Shown: positions 17,890-26,495, counted from the first letter of the stretch. The stretch is DNA of 31,677 nucleotides from Sphingobacteriales bacterium (GCA_044349915.1 JBILIO010000001.1:1-31677), one strand, 5' to 3'. Notes: a model not told the origin generated them from the letters alone. Numbers and translations: made by a program.

Positions 17890-18165
17890 TTGTTCTGGTT
17901 TTTGTTCCGTTTTTTGTTTTTTCATTTTAATTTTTGCTAAAAATAATAGCATTTTTTGTAATCTGCAAGTTTTATTGCAAACAATTCTAAAAAAGCCTAA
18001 TTAAACCATTAAAACAAAGTATTTTTTTAAAAAATAATTTTCCACATTATTTAATAGTAGCTCAATTCTATTATTTTTAGTAAAATTTACCTTGCTTTCA
18101 ATAATCAAATATCAAGCATTTTTGAGCTACTCACAATTGCATTATTTAAAGATTATATTTAGTAA

Positions 18166-18816
18166 CTAAGCTAATTTCAATCCATTTGTTTTAAAATACT
18201 TGCAAAAAGCAATTAAATCGCAGTTTTCACATTTTGGACTTCGGGCGGTACAAGTATATCTTCCATGTAAAATGAGCCAATGGTGAGCAATGTGAACTTT
18301 GCTTTTAGGAATATGCTTGATTAATTGCTTTTCGGTGGCTAAAGGCGTTTTAGCATTTCTAGTTAATCCGATTCTCGCCGAAACCCTAAACACATGGGTA
18401 TCTACCGCCATGGTTGGCATATTAAAAATAACAGAGGAAATAACATTGGCTGTTTTTCGACCTACACCAGGAAGTTTTTGCAATTCATTGGTGGCAGAAG
18501 GTACGATGCCGTTAAATTCGCTTTGTAAAATATTCGCCATGCCAATTAAATGTTTGGCTTTATTATTTGGATAACTGATGCTGCGAATAATAGCAAAAAC
18601 ATCGGCTACTGTGGCAGTGGCTAGGCTATCTACATCTGGATAAATTTCAAATAATTTTGGAGTAATTAGGTTAACTCTTTTGTCGGTACATTGGGCCGAA
18701 AGTATTACTGCGACTAGTAATTCGAAGGGGTTACGATAACTTAATTCTGTTTCTGCAGAGGGCATTTTTTTTTCAAAAATTCCCAAAACACCTTCGTATC
18801 TTTCTTTAATAGTCAT
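18166..18816 (-). CDS. nth: Endonuclease III
   Basis: LLVAVILSAQCTDKRVN, HhH motif LPGVGRKTA, VDTHVFRV and the 4Fe-4S motif C-x6-C-x2-C-x5-C (CTARSPKCENCDLIAFC). Confidence 0.96.
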   Translation of the reverse strand: MTIKERYEGVLGIFEKKMPSAETELSYRNPFELLVAVILSAQCTDKRVNLITPKLFEIYPDVDSLATATVADVFAIIRSISYPNNKAKHLIGMANILQSEFNGIVPSATNELQKLPGVGRKTANVISSVIFNMPTMAVDTHVFRVSARIGLTRNAKTPLATEKQLIKHIPKSKVHIAHHWLILHGRYTCTARSPKCENCDLIAFCKYFKTNGLKLA

Positions 18817-18892
18817 ACGCTAAAGTAGCAGTTCTAATGGCAGTTTAGAAAAAATGATATCCACAAAAAATGTTGGTAAATTTCAAAAACAA

Positions 18893-18923
18893 AAACCCGA
18901 CTAGTGTTTGACTAGTCGGGTTT
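18893..18923 (-). terminator. Intrinsic terminator after the 72-aa gene
   Basis: Perfect 13-bp inverted repeat AAACCCGACTAGT-N5-ACTAGTCGGGTTT followed by TTGTTTTT on the minus strand. Confidence 0.85.
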
Positions 18924-18941
18924 AATAATTTTAGTAAAGCA

Positions 18942-19160
18942 TTAAATTGATTTAGAAAAGGCAAGAATTTGATCAATAATTGCTTGTCTTGGACTCACTT
19001 TTAATTGATCTAATGCTGTTTTCATTTCCTGCAAATGATCGAAATTATCTTCTATTTCGAAATTTGTATTTAATTGGCTTTCTAATCCAACCATTTGATC
19101 GCTTGATAATTCGTGATAAATGGCCATTATTAGTTCATTTTGAGTAAAGGTTTCTACCAT
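18942..19160 (-). CDS. Small soluble acidic protein, putative anti-sigma-domain-like partner of the upstream ECF sigma
   Basis: 72 aa, no TM, no Cys; L..IYHELS...LE..L....E pattern resembles N-terminal anti-sigma helices. It has its own terminator. Function is inferred. Confidence 0.6.
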   Translation of the reverse strand: MVETFTQNELIMAIYHELSSDQMVGLESQLNTNFEIEDNFDHLQEMKTALDQLKVSPRQAIIDQILAFSKSI

Positions 19161-19186
19161 AGACCGTTTTTTTATGTTTATGGGAA

Positions 19187-19215
19187 TTAAACGCAGAAAG
19201 CGGGGAGATATTTTC
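19187..19215 (-). promoter_or_regulatory. Putative ECF-type promoter GAAAAT-N16-CGTTTAA for the 72-aa gene
   Basis: -35 at 19210-19215, 16-nt spacer, -10 at 19187-19193, between the sigma terminator and the ATG. It fits the generic ECF AAC/AAA-N16/17-CGT pattern. Confidence 0.4.
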
Positions 19216-19230
19216 TAATGCCATAAAAAA

Positions 19231-19259
19231 AAATAGGCTTTCTTTCGAAAAGCCTATTT
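19231..19259 (-). terminator. Intrinsic terminator after the ECF sigma gene
   Basis: AAATAGGCTTT-N7-AAAGCCTATTT followed by a T run on the minus strand. Confidence 0.8.
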
Positions 19260-19284
19260 AAACCATATAAACCTAAAATAAAAA

Positions 19285-19872
19285 TTATTGTTGTTTAAAA
19301 CTTACTTCTTTATCGCCTATCATTTTTCGCAAATTATTTAAAGCATAGCGCATTCTGCCTAATGCGGTATTAATGCTCACACCTGTTAAATCCGCAATTT
19401 CTTTGAAACTCAAATCGGCATAGTGTCTCATAATTAACACTTCTTTTTGTTCCTCTGGAAGTAATTGAATAAAAGCCCTTAAATCTTGATGATTTTGCGC
19501 TCTCAACATTTTGTCTTCTATATTTTCATCGGCAATGCCAATTACATCAAAGATGTCAAAGCCATCGCTGTTGGTAATCACAGGCGTACGCTTTACTTTT
19601 CTAAAGTGGTCTATTACTAAATTATGGGCTATACGAATTACCCAAGGAAGAAATTTTCCTTCTTCGTTGTATTTACCACCTTTAAGTGTTTTAATAACTT
19701 TGATAAAAGTGTCTTGGAAGATATCTTCTGCTAAAAAAGAATCTTTCACTAATAAGTTAATTGAAGAATAGATTTTTGTTTTGTGACGGGTTAATAATTC
19801 TCCTAAAGCAGATTCATCTCCATGAATATACAGATTGACTAATTCTTGGTCACTAACTAATTTACGGTTCAT
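19285..19872 (-). CDS. ECF-subfamily sigma-70 RNA polymerase sigma factor
   Basis: Region 2 AEDIFQDTFIK and FLPWVIRIAHNLVIDHFRK; region 4 LPEEQKEVLIMRHYADLSFKEIADLTGVSINTALGRMRYA; no region 3. Confidence 0.93.
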   Translation of the reverse strand: MNRKLVSDQELVNLYIHGDESALGELLTRHKTKIYSSINLLVKDSFLAEDIFQDTFIKVIKTLKGGKYNEEGKFLPWVIRIAHNLVIDHFRKVKRTPVITNSDGFDIFDVIGIADENIEDKMLRAQNHQDLRAFIQLLPEEQKEVLIMRHYADLSFKEIADLTGVSINTALGRMRYALNNLRKMIGDKEVSFKQQ

Positions 19873-19879
19873 AATGGTT

Positions 19880-19884
19880 CCTCC
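19880..19884 (-). promoter_or_regulatory. Shine-Dalgarno GGAGG, 7 nt before the sigma ATG
   Basis: Minus strand CGGAGG-AACCATT-ATG. Confidence 0.6.
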
Positions 19885-20077
19885 GTTTAAATTTAAATGT
19901 TAATTAGTGTAGAATTTTAATCTATATAGGGTCCTCCTTTTGGTTTTTTAGGTTTGTTTTGAATTATTATTTAAACGAATAAACGGATATTGTCTTTAAA
20001 ATCAAAATTTTTTTCAAAAAATATTAATTATGTTACAAATGAAAAGTTAAAACAATCTTTTTTTGTTTGGGTTATTT

Positions 20078-20085
20078 TAGCTTTG
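20078..20085 (+). promoter_or_regulatory. -7 promoter box for uvrA (TAGCTTTG)
   Basis: Exact TAnnTTTG, 17 nt before ATG 20103. Confidence 0.55.
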
Positions 20086-20102
20086 TAAGCACAATAAACC
20101 GC

Positions 20103-22919
20103 ATGTCTAAAACAGCCAGTCAACTAGAAGTAAAAGATTTTATCCTGATCAAAGGGGCTAGGGTTCATAATTTAAAGAACATCTCTGTCAATATCCCTAA
20201 AAACCAATTAGTGGTTATTACAGGCCTATCTGGATCTGGAAAGTCTTCTTTGGCTTTCGATACCTTATATGCCGAGGGGCAAAGAAGGTATGTCGAAAGC
20301 TTGTCTTCTTATGCAAGGCAGTTTTTAGGCAGAATGAATAAGCCAGAGGTCGATTATATAAAAGGAATTGCGCCTGCTATTGCCATTGAACAAAAAGTAA
20401 CCGCCAATAACCCCAGATCGACGGTTGGTACTTCCACAGAAATTTACGATTATTTAAAATTACTTTTTGCAAGAGTGGGTAGAACTTACTCGCCTATTTC
20501 GGGTCAAGAGGTTAAACGAGATACGGTAGATTCGGTTATGGCTTTTTTAAATGCCCAAGCCGACGACACACTCTGTGTTGTTTTTGCGCCTCTTCCAATA
20601 TTAAAAGACAGGAACTTAAAAGAAGAGTTGGCAATTCTTTTACAAAAAGGTTATAAGCGTGTGAGATTTAATCAGTCTATTTTTAAAATCGAAGATTTAA
20701 TCGAAGATAAAACGGTTAAAAATACCAGCATCAAAAAATCAGGCGCATTAGCTATTCTGATCGATAGAATTGTGTTGAATCAAGAAGAAGAAACACATTC
20801 GAGGTTAGCAGACTCGATTCAAACTGCCTTTTTCGAAGGACATGGCGATTGCATCATCGAATTAACTAGAGCAGATCAAACCATTACGCATAAATTTTGT
20901 GATCGCTTTGAATTAGATGGAATGGTATTTGAAGAACCTTCTGCGAATTTTTTCAGTTTCAATAATCCATACGGAGCTTGTAAGCGTTGCGAAGGCTACG
21001 GAAAAATAATTGGCATCGACGAAGATTTAGTGGTACCCGATAAAAGCAAATCTGTTTTTGAAGGAGCAATTGCACCTTGGCGTGGAGAAAAAATGAAAGA
21101 ATGGTTAGACGTTTTTATCAAACATTCTATCAAATTTGATTTTCCAATTCATCGCTCTTATTTTCAATTAACCCAAGCCGAACAGCAATTACTATGGACC
21201 GGTAATAAATATTTTTCGGGCTTAAATGCTTTCTTTAAACAGTTAGAAGAACAAACCTATAAGATTCAATACAGGGTGATGTTATCGAGGTATAGAGGCA
21301 AAACCAATTGCCCAGATTGCAAAGGGAGTCGATTAAGAAATGATGCAAATTATGTGTTGGTTAATCAAAAATCAATTACAGATTTAGTATTAATGCCCAT
21401 TAGCACAATTGCTCAATTTTTTGAATCGATGAAATTAAATGTGCATGATGCGCAAATTGCAAAAAGAATCGTAGAAGAAATAAAAAATCGATTACGCTAT
21501 TTACAAGATGTTGGTTTGGGTTATTTAACCTTAAACCGTTTGTCTAATACCCTTTCGGGCGGCGAATCACAACGCATTAATTTGGCAACTTCTTTGGGCA
21601 GTAGTTTAGTAGGTTCTTTATATATTTTAGACGAACCAAGTATTGGATTGCATGCCAAAGACACGCAGAAATTAATTTCTGTCATGGAGTCTTTACGCGA
21701 TACAGGTAATACCGTAATTGTGGTAGAGCACGACGAAGAAGTGATGAAAGCAGCCGATTACATTATTGATATTGGTCCTGATGCAGGTCGGAATGGTGGC
21801 GAAATTATTTTTGAAGGCCAGTACAATGCGTTGCTAAAAGATAAAAAAAGTTGGACTGGAAAATATTTAGGAGGGCATGAAAGTATTGAAGTGCCTAAGC
21901 AAAGAAGAAAATGGTCGGAGTTTGTTTTGATCAAAGGGGCAAGAGAAAATAATTTAAAAAACATTGACGTTAAATTTCCATTACATACTTTAACAGCCGT
22001 AACGGGCGTGAGTGGTTCTGGCAAAACAAGTTTAGTCAAAAGAATTTTAGTGCCTGCTTTGCAAAAAGCAATTGGAAGTTATACGGTAGACCAAACGGGT
22101 TTGTTTGATTCCTTAGAGGGAGATTATAAATCAGTGCAACAAATAGAAATGGTCGATCAAAATCCAATTGGAAAATCTTCTAGATCGAATCCGGTTACCT
22201 ATGTAAAAGCATACGACGAAATTCGAAATTTATTTGCCAGTCAAGCCAGTGCAAAAGCAGCAGGAATGAAGCCTTCCCATTTTTCTTTTAATGTGGATGG
22301 GGGACGTTGTGAGTTGTGTCAAGGAGAGGGCGAAGTGCGGGTAGAAATGCAGTTCATGGCAGATATATTTCTTACCTGTGAATCTTGCCATGGAAAAAGA
22401 TTTAAGCAAGAAGTATTAGCAGTAACCTATCTCGAAAAAAATATTTCTGAAATTTTAGATTTAACCATCGACGAAGCCATTGAATTTTTTGCCCAAGAAA
22501 AGAAAATTCTGAATAGAATTATTCCTTTAGCAGAAGTTGGTTTAGGCTATGTTCATTTAGGGCAATCGTCGAATACACTCTCGGGTGGAGAAGCACAGCG
22601 CATTAAACTAGCATCTTTTTTATTAAAAGGAAATTCGCAGACCCATACTTTATTTATTTTTGATGAACCAACTACCGGTCTTCATTTTCATGATATCAAA
22701 AAGTTATTGAAATCTTTCGATGCCTTAATTGCACAGGGTAATTCTATTATTGTAATTGATCATAATTTAGAAGTAGTTAAATCGGCCGACTGGGTAATAG
22801 ATATTGGTCCTGCAGGCGGAGACAAAGGTGGAAATTTGGTTTTCGAAGGAACGCCAGAAGCATTGGCGCAGTGTAAAGATTCGGTCACCGGCCCCTTCTT
22901 ATTAGAGAAATTAACTTAA
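20103..22919 (+). CDS. uvrA: Excinuclease ABC subunit A
   Basis: GARVHNLKN, GLSGSGKSS, LSGGESQRI, GVSGSGKTS, FSFNVDGGRC and LSGGEAQRI; Zn pairs CKRC/CPDC and CELC/CESC. ATG 20103 preferred over track TTG 20067. Confidence 0.96.
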   Translation: MSKTASQLEVKDFILIKGARVHNLKNISVNIPKNQLVVITGLSGSGKSSLAFDTLYAEGQRRYVESLSSYARQFLGRMNKPEVDYIKGIAPAIAIEQKVTANNPRSTVGTSTEIYDYLKLLFARVGRTYSPISGQEVKRDTVDSVMAFLNAQADDTLCVVFAPLPILKDRNLKEELAILLQKGYKRVRFNQSIFKIEDLIEDKTVKNTSIKKSGALAILIDRIVLNQEEETHSRLADSIQTAFFEGHGDCIIELTRADQTITHKFCDRFELDGMVFEEPSANFFSFNNPYGACKRCEGYGKIIGIDEDLVVPDKSKSVFEGAIAPWRGEKMKEWLDVFIKHSIKFDFPIHRSYFQLTQAEQQLLWTGNKYFSGLNAFFKQLEEQTYKIQYRVMLSRYRGKTNCPDCKGSRLRNDANYVLVNQKSITDLVLMPISTIAQFFESMKLNVHDAQIAKRIVEEIKNRLRYLQDVGLGYLTLNRLSNTLSGGESQRINLATSLGSSLVGSLYILDEPSIGLHAKDTQKLISVMESLRDTGNTVIVVEHDEEVMKAADYIIDIGPDAGRNGGEIIFEGQYNALLKDKKSWTGKYLGGHESIEVPKQRRKWSEFVLIKGARENNLKNIDVKFPLHTLTAVTGVSGSGKTSLVKRILVPALQKAIGSYTVDQTGLFDSLEGDYKSVQQIEMVDQNPIGKSSRSNPVTYVKAYDEIRNLFASQASAKAAGMKPSHFSFNVDGGRCELCQGEGEVRVEMQFMADIFLTCESCHGKRFKQEVLAVTYLEKNISEILDLTIDEAIEFFAQEKKILNRIIPLAEVGLGYVHLGQSSNTLSGGEAQRIKLASFLLKGNSQTHTLFIFDEPTTGLHFHDIKKLLKSFDALIAQGNSIIVIDHNLEVVKSADWVIDIGPAGGDKGGNLVFEGTPEALAQCKDSVTGPFLLEKLT

Positions 22920-23837
22920 CGCTTTTCTGCAATTAATTTCGTCTTGCTGTATACCCAATTTTAGTGCATCAAGCGAATCAAATTTTTGGTCGCCCCTAAT
23001 GTATTGAATTAATTTAACTTGAATTTGTTCGTCGTAAATTTCCTTATCGAAATCAAATATATTTACCTCAATTACTTTTTTACTTCCTTGAACGGTTGGT
23101 CTATCCCCAATGTATAACATACCCTTGTATGTTTGTGATTGCCATTGAATATGAACCGCATAAATGCCGTCGGCTGGAATTAGTTTATGACTTTCTTGTA
23201 TTTGTATATTTGCCGTTGGAAAGCCAATGCTGCGGCCTATTTGATCGCCTTTGACCACAATCCCTTCCATAGCATATGGGTAGCCTAAATATTGATTTGC
23301 AATTTCAATTTGGTGTTGTGCCAAAGCCGTCCTAATTTTTGTAGAACTCACCCCAATATCGTTGACATCTTGTTTAGGAATTTCTTCTACTTCAAAACCA
23401 TAAGATGGTCCATAGTGTTTTAAATGTTCGAAACTACCTTCTCTATTCTTGCCAAAATGATGATCGTATCCAATCACCAATTTTTTAGTACCAATTTGAT
23501 CCACTAATATTTGTTGAATAAAATCGACCGAGCTTAATCTCGAAAACTCTTTCGTAAATGGAATGATAATTAAATGATCAATTCCGGATGCTGCTAGTAA
23601 TTTTATTTTTTCTGGAAGCGTATTGAGCATTTTTAAATGATTGTCTTCTGGAAATAATACCAATCTTGGATGTGGATGAAAGGTAATGATGACGCTTTCT
23701 CCAGCAATTTGATGGGCAATTTCTTTTACGCGATGAATGATTTTTTGATGACCAATATGAACGCCATCAAAAGTGCCTGTTGTTACAACGGCATTCTTAA
23801 TGGGGTTAAACTCCGAAAGGTGCTTATAAACTTTCAT
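22911..23837 (-). CDS. ribF: Bifunctional riboflavin kinase / FAD synthetase
   Basis: GTFDGVHIGH, TFHPHP, IGYDHHFGK, VSSTKIR, GRSIGFPTANI and IEVNIFDF. Confidence 0.96.
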   Translation of the reverse strand: MKVYKHLSEFNPIKNAVVTTGTFDGVHIGHQKIIHRVKEIAHQIAGESVIITFHPHPRLVLFPEDNHLKMLNTLPEKIKLLAASGIDHLIIIPFTKEFSRLSSVDFIQQILVDQIGTKKLVIGYDHHFGKNREGSFEHLKHYGPSYGFEVEEIPKQDVNDIGVSSTKIRTALAQHQIEIANQYLGYPYAMEGIVVKGDQIGRSIGFPTANIQIQESHKLIPADGIYAVHIQWQSQTYKGMLYIGDRPTVQGSKKVIEVNIFDFDKEIYDEQIQVKLIQYIRGDQKFDSLDALKLGIQQDEINCRKALS

Positions 23838-24555
23838 CGATGTTTGCTTTTTCTTTTTCGGTCCAATTAATTCTTTGCACCGAAATTTCGTCTATTAAAT
23901 TAGTTAAATTCCATGCATCGGCAATATGAAAGGCACCGCTTCTGGTTCTTCTTAATGCCGACAAATGCGCGCCACTGTTCAAGGCTTTTCCATAATCGTT
24001 TGCCAGCGATCGAATATAAGTTCCTTTACTGCAAACAACCCTAAAATCAATTTCAGGCATGCGAATATTCGTAATCTCAAATTCACTTATCGTAATATTC
24101 CTCGATTTAATATTCACAGTTTCGCCACGGCGTGCTTTATGGTAAGCACGTTCTCCGTCTATCCTTAAAGCTGAATAAGATGGAGAAACTTGGGCAATCT
24201 CGCCAATAAATTGTTGACAGGTTTCGAGTAAGAGCGATTCGGTAATATGTTTGGTTTCGAAAGTTTGATCTATTTCTGTTTCTAAATCGTAAGATGGTGT
24301 GGTGGCGCCTAAGGTAAAGGTTCCGGTATATTCTTTTTCTTCGGCCATGTGCAGGTCTACTTCTTTTGTCAGTTTTCCGGTGCACACAATTAATAGGCCG
24401 GTGGCTAATGGATCTAGCGTGCCGGCATGGCCCACTTTTATTTTTTTAATTCGCAAAGAATTTCTGATTTTACCAACCACATCAAAAGAAGTCCATGTTA
24501 ATGGCTTATCTATTAATAATAATTCCCCTTTCACAAAATCGAATGCCTTGCTCAT
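23824..24555 (-). CDS. truB: tRNA pseudouridine(55) synthase
   Basis: IDKPLTWTSFDVV, KVGHAGTLDPLATG, CSKGTYIRSLA and LRRTRSG. Confidence 0.96.
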   Translation of the reverse strand: MSKAFDFVKGELLLIDKPLTWTSFDVVGKIRNSLRIKKIKVGHAGTLDPLATGLLIVCTGKLTKEVDLHMAEEKEYTGTFTLGATTPSYDLETEIDQTFETKHITESLLLETCQQFIGEIAQVSPSYSALRIDGERAYHKARRGETVNIKSRNITISEFEITNIRMPEIDFRVVCSKGTYIRSLANDYGKALNSGAHLSALRRTRSGAFHIADAWNLTNLIDEISVQRINWTEKEKANIDESL

Positions 24556-24558
24556 AAA

Positions 24559-25353
24559 TTAGTTAATTGAAAGGGGGACGCCTAATGCATATAAAATAAG
24601 TATGCTCGCTCCAATAGCAATTCGGTAATAGCCAAAAACTTTAAAACCGTTATTGCTTAAATAATGAATAAATGATTTGATGGCGATAAGTGCCACTACA
24701 AAACCAACCACATTTCCGATAATTAATAAATTAATATCAGTTGCATTTAAAGTAATGCCTAATTTATAATAGTCATAACTTTTTTTGCAGGTTGCGGCAA
24801 ACATAGTAGGTACTGCTAAGAAAAAAGAAAATTCGGCTGCTTGTTTTTTAGATAATTTCTGCGTTAATCCGCCAATGATAGTAGCCGCAGACCTAGACAC
24901 GCCAGGTATCATGGCGATACACTGAAATAATCCGATTTTAAAAGCACTTGGATATTTTATTTCTTGTTCTTCACGCTGATTACTGGCTTCGAACCATTTG
25001 TCTAGCAAAATAAATACTACTCCGCCAATCATCAACATAATTGCAACCACAATGGTATTCTCTAATAGCGCATCTATGGCGTCCGAAAATAATAATCCGA
25101 AAACGGCTGCAGGAATAAATCCAGCAATTAATTTAAAATAAAAATCTAGGCTTTGTAAAAATCTTTTCCAGTATAATACCACAACCGATAATATGGTTCC
25201 AAATTGAATCGCAATGGTAAAAAGTTTAGTGAAATGATCGGTACTAATACCCATAATGGAAGTAGTAATAATCATATGACCAGTAGAAGATACGGGTAAG
25301 AATTCTGTTAAACCTTCTACAATTGCAATAATAATGGCTTCAACGTATGTCAT
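24559..25353 (-). CDS. uppP: Undecaprenyl-diphosphate phosphatase
   Basis: [29 protein letters not shown] and [11 protein letters not shown]; multi-TM. Confidence 0.96.
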   Translation of the reverse strand: MTYVEAIIIAIVEGLTEFLPVSSTGHMIITTSIMGISTDHFTKLFTIAIQFGTILSVVVLYWKRFLQSLDFYFKLIAGFIPAAVFGLLFSDAIDALLENTIVVAIMLMIGGVVFILLDKWFEASNQREEQEIKYPSAFKIGLFQCIAMIPGVSRSAATIIGGLTQKLSKKQAAEFSFFLAVPTMFAATCKKSYDYYKLGITLNATDINLLIIGNVVGFVVALIAIKSFIHYLSNNGFKVFGYYRIAIGASILILYALGVPLSIN

Positions 25354-25358
25354 TAACC

Positions 25359-25586
25359 TTATTTAGCTTTTTTTAGAATGCCAATAATTACCGTAATGAT
25401 GCCTAATAATACAACAATGGGCGCAAGGGTAATTTTTCTGAAATCTAAAATATTTTCAGTGCCACTCATCAAGATAAATCCAAGAAATAATATGATTACA
25501 CCTGCAATAAGGTATTGATAGTTTGCTTTTCCAAAAACGAAATCTGTATTTTTTTCGCTATTTTGAGTTGTTGTTTTCTTTGTCAT
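25359..25586 (-). CDS. Small two-TM membrane protein (DUF3098-like)
   Basis: [22 protein letters not shown] and a second TM; position between ftsX and uppP is typical of Bacteroidota. Confidence 0.75.
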   Translation of the reverse strand: MTKKTTTQNSEKNTDFVFGKANYQYLIAGVIILFLGFILMSGTENILDFRKITLAPIVVLLGIITVIIGILKKAK

Positions 25587-25588
25587 GG

Positions 25589-26470
25589 TTATTTTTTATA
25601 AAGATCGTCTATGTGTTGATTTAAATATTTATTGACTGCAAAATAAGTACTGAGGATAGAGATGATGATGCCCATTAAAATAATAGCAGCAAATAAAAAT
25701 CCGAATTCAACATAGTTTTGCAACATGGCTAATTCTGGCATTTCTGTTTTAGCAATATATAAAGTACTCAGTAGTAAAAGTATGGCAACAATGCCGCCCA
25801 TTAATCCATGAATCATTCCAGAAACGATGTAAGGCTTACGGATAAAGCTTTTGGTGGCACCCACTAATTGCATGCTTCTAATAATAAATCGTTGAGAATA
25901 CATGGCCAATCGGATGGTATTATTGATTAATGCAATGGCGATTAAAAGTAAGGTAAAACCAAATGCAATAATTACTAAGCTAATTGATTTTAAGTTTTCA
26001 TTTACCATATCAATTAAAGATTCTTGGTAAATCACATCTTTCACAATTTCTTTTTTCTTGAGCTTAGCAACCAACTTTTGAATTCTTTCTTTGTTTGCAA
26101 AATCTGCTTTTAAATAAACATCGATAGAAGCCGATAGCGGATTGTAGCCTAAAAATTTAACAAAATCTTCTCCTAAATCGTTGGATAAGTTTTTGGCTGC
26201 AGATTCTTTGCTAATAAACTGTGTTGATTTAATACTTTCGTTTTTCTCTAGGTTACTTTGTAGTGTGAAAATTTCGTTATCACCAGCATTTTCTTTGATG
26301 ACTACATTTAAAACAATATTTTCTTTGACAAAGTTCGAAAGATTTTTTCCGTGTAATACAATCAGCCCAAGTAAGCCCACCATCACCAAAACCAACGATA
26401 TGCTGAAAATGGTAGATATATAAAATGTTTTAAGTGTTTTCTTAGGTTTTACTGAATTGGTATTTGACAT
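25589..26470 (-). CDS. ftsX: Cell division permease FtsX
   Basis: TM1, extracellular loop with FISKE.A and LGYNPL, LINNTIRLAMYSQRFIIRSMQLVGATKSFIRKP, and four TMs. Confidence 0.93.
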   Translation of the reverse strand: MSNTNSVKPKKTLKTFYISTIFSISLVLVMVGLLGLIVLHGKNLSNFVKENIVLNVVIKENAGDNEIFTLQSNLEKNESIKSTQFISKESAAKNLSNDLGEDFVKFLGYNPLSASIDVYLKADFANKERIQKLVAKLKKKEIVKDVIYQESLIDMVNENLKSISLVIIAFGFTLLLIAIALINNTIRLAMYSQRFIIRSMQLVGATKSFIRKPYIVSGMIHGLMGGIVAILLLLSTLYIAKTEMPELAMLQNYVEFGFLFAAIILMGIIISILSTYFAVNKYLNQHIDDLYKK

Positions 26471-26487
26471 AGTTGTTCCTTTGTTTG

Positions 26488-26495
26488 CGAAGATA
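26488..26495 (-). promoter_or_regulatory. Variant -7 box for the ftsX operon (TATCTTCG)
   Basis: One mismatch to TAnnTTTG, followed by C, 17 nt before the ftsX ATG. Confidence 0.45.

Noticed and set aside
17890-17952. N-terminal extension of RecA with an imperfect GAACAAAAA repeat ([10 protein letters not shown])
   Set aside because: Most simply an A-rich 5' UTR ahead of ATG 17889, which matches homolog length. An extension from ATG 17925 cannot be excluded but is unsupported.
17926-18165. LexA/SOS box upstream of recA
   Set aside because: No GGA-N5-TCC or CTGT-N8-ACAG match found by eye.
24137-24385. Arg-rich 82-aa same-strand ORF inside truB
   Set aside because: An off-frame reading of a conserved gene; Arg richness is a typical frame artefact.
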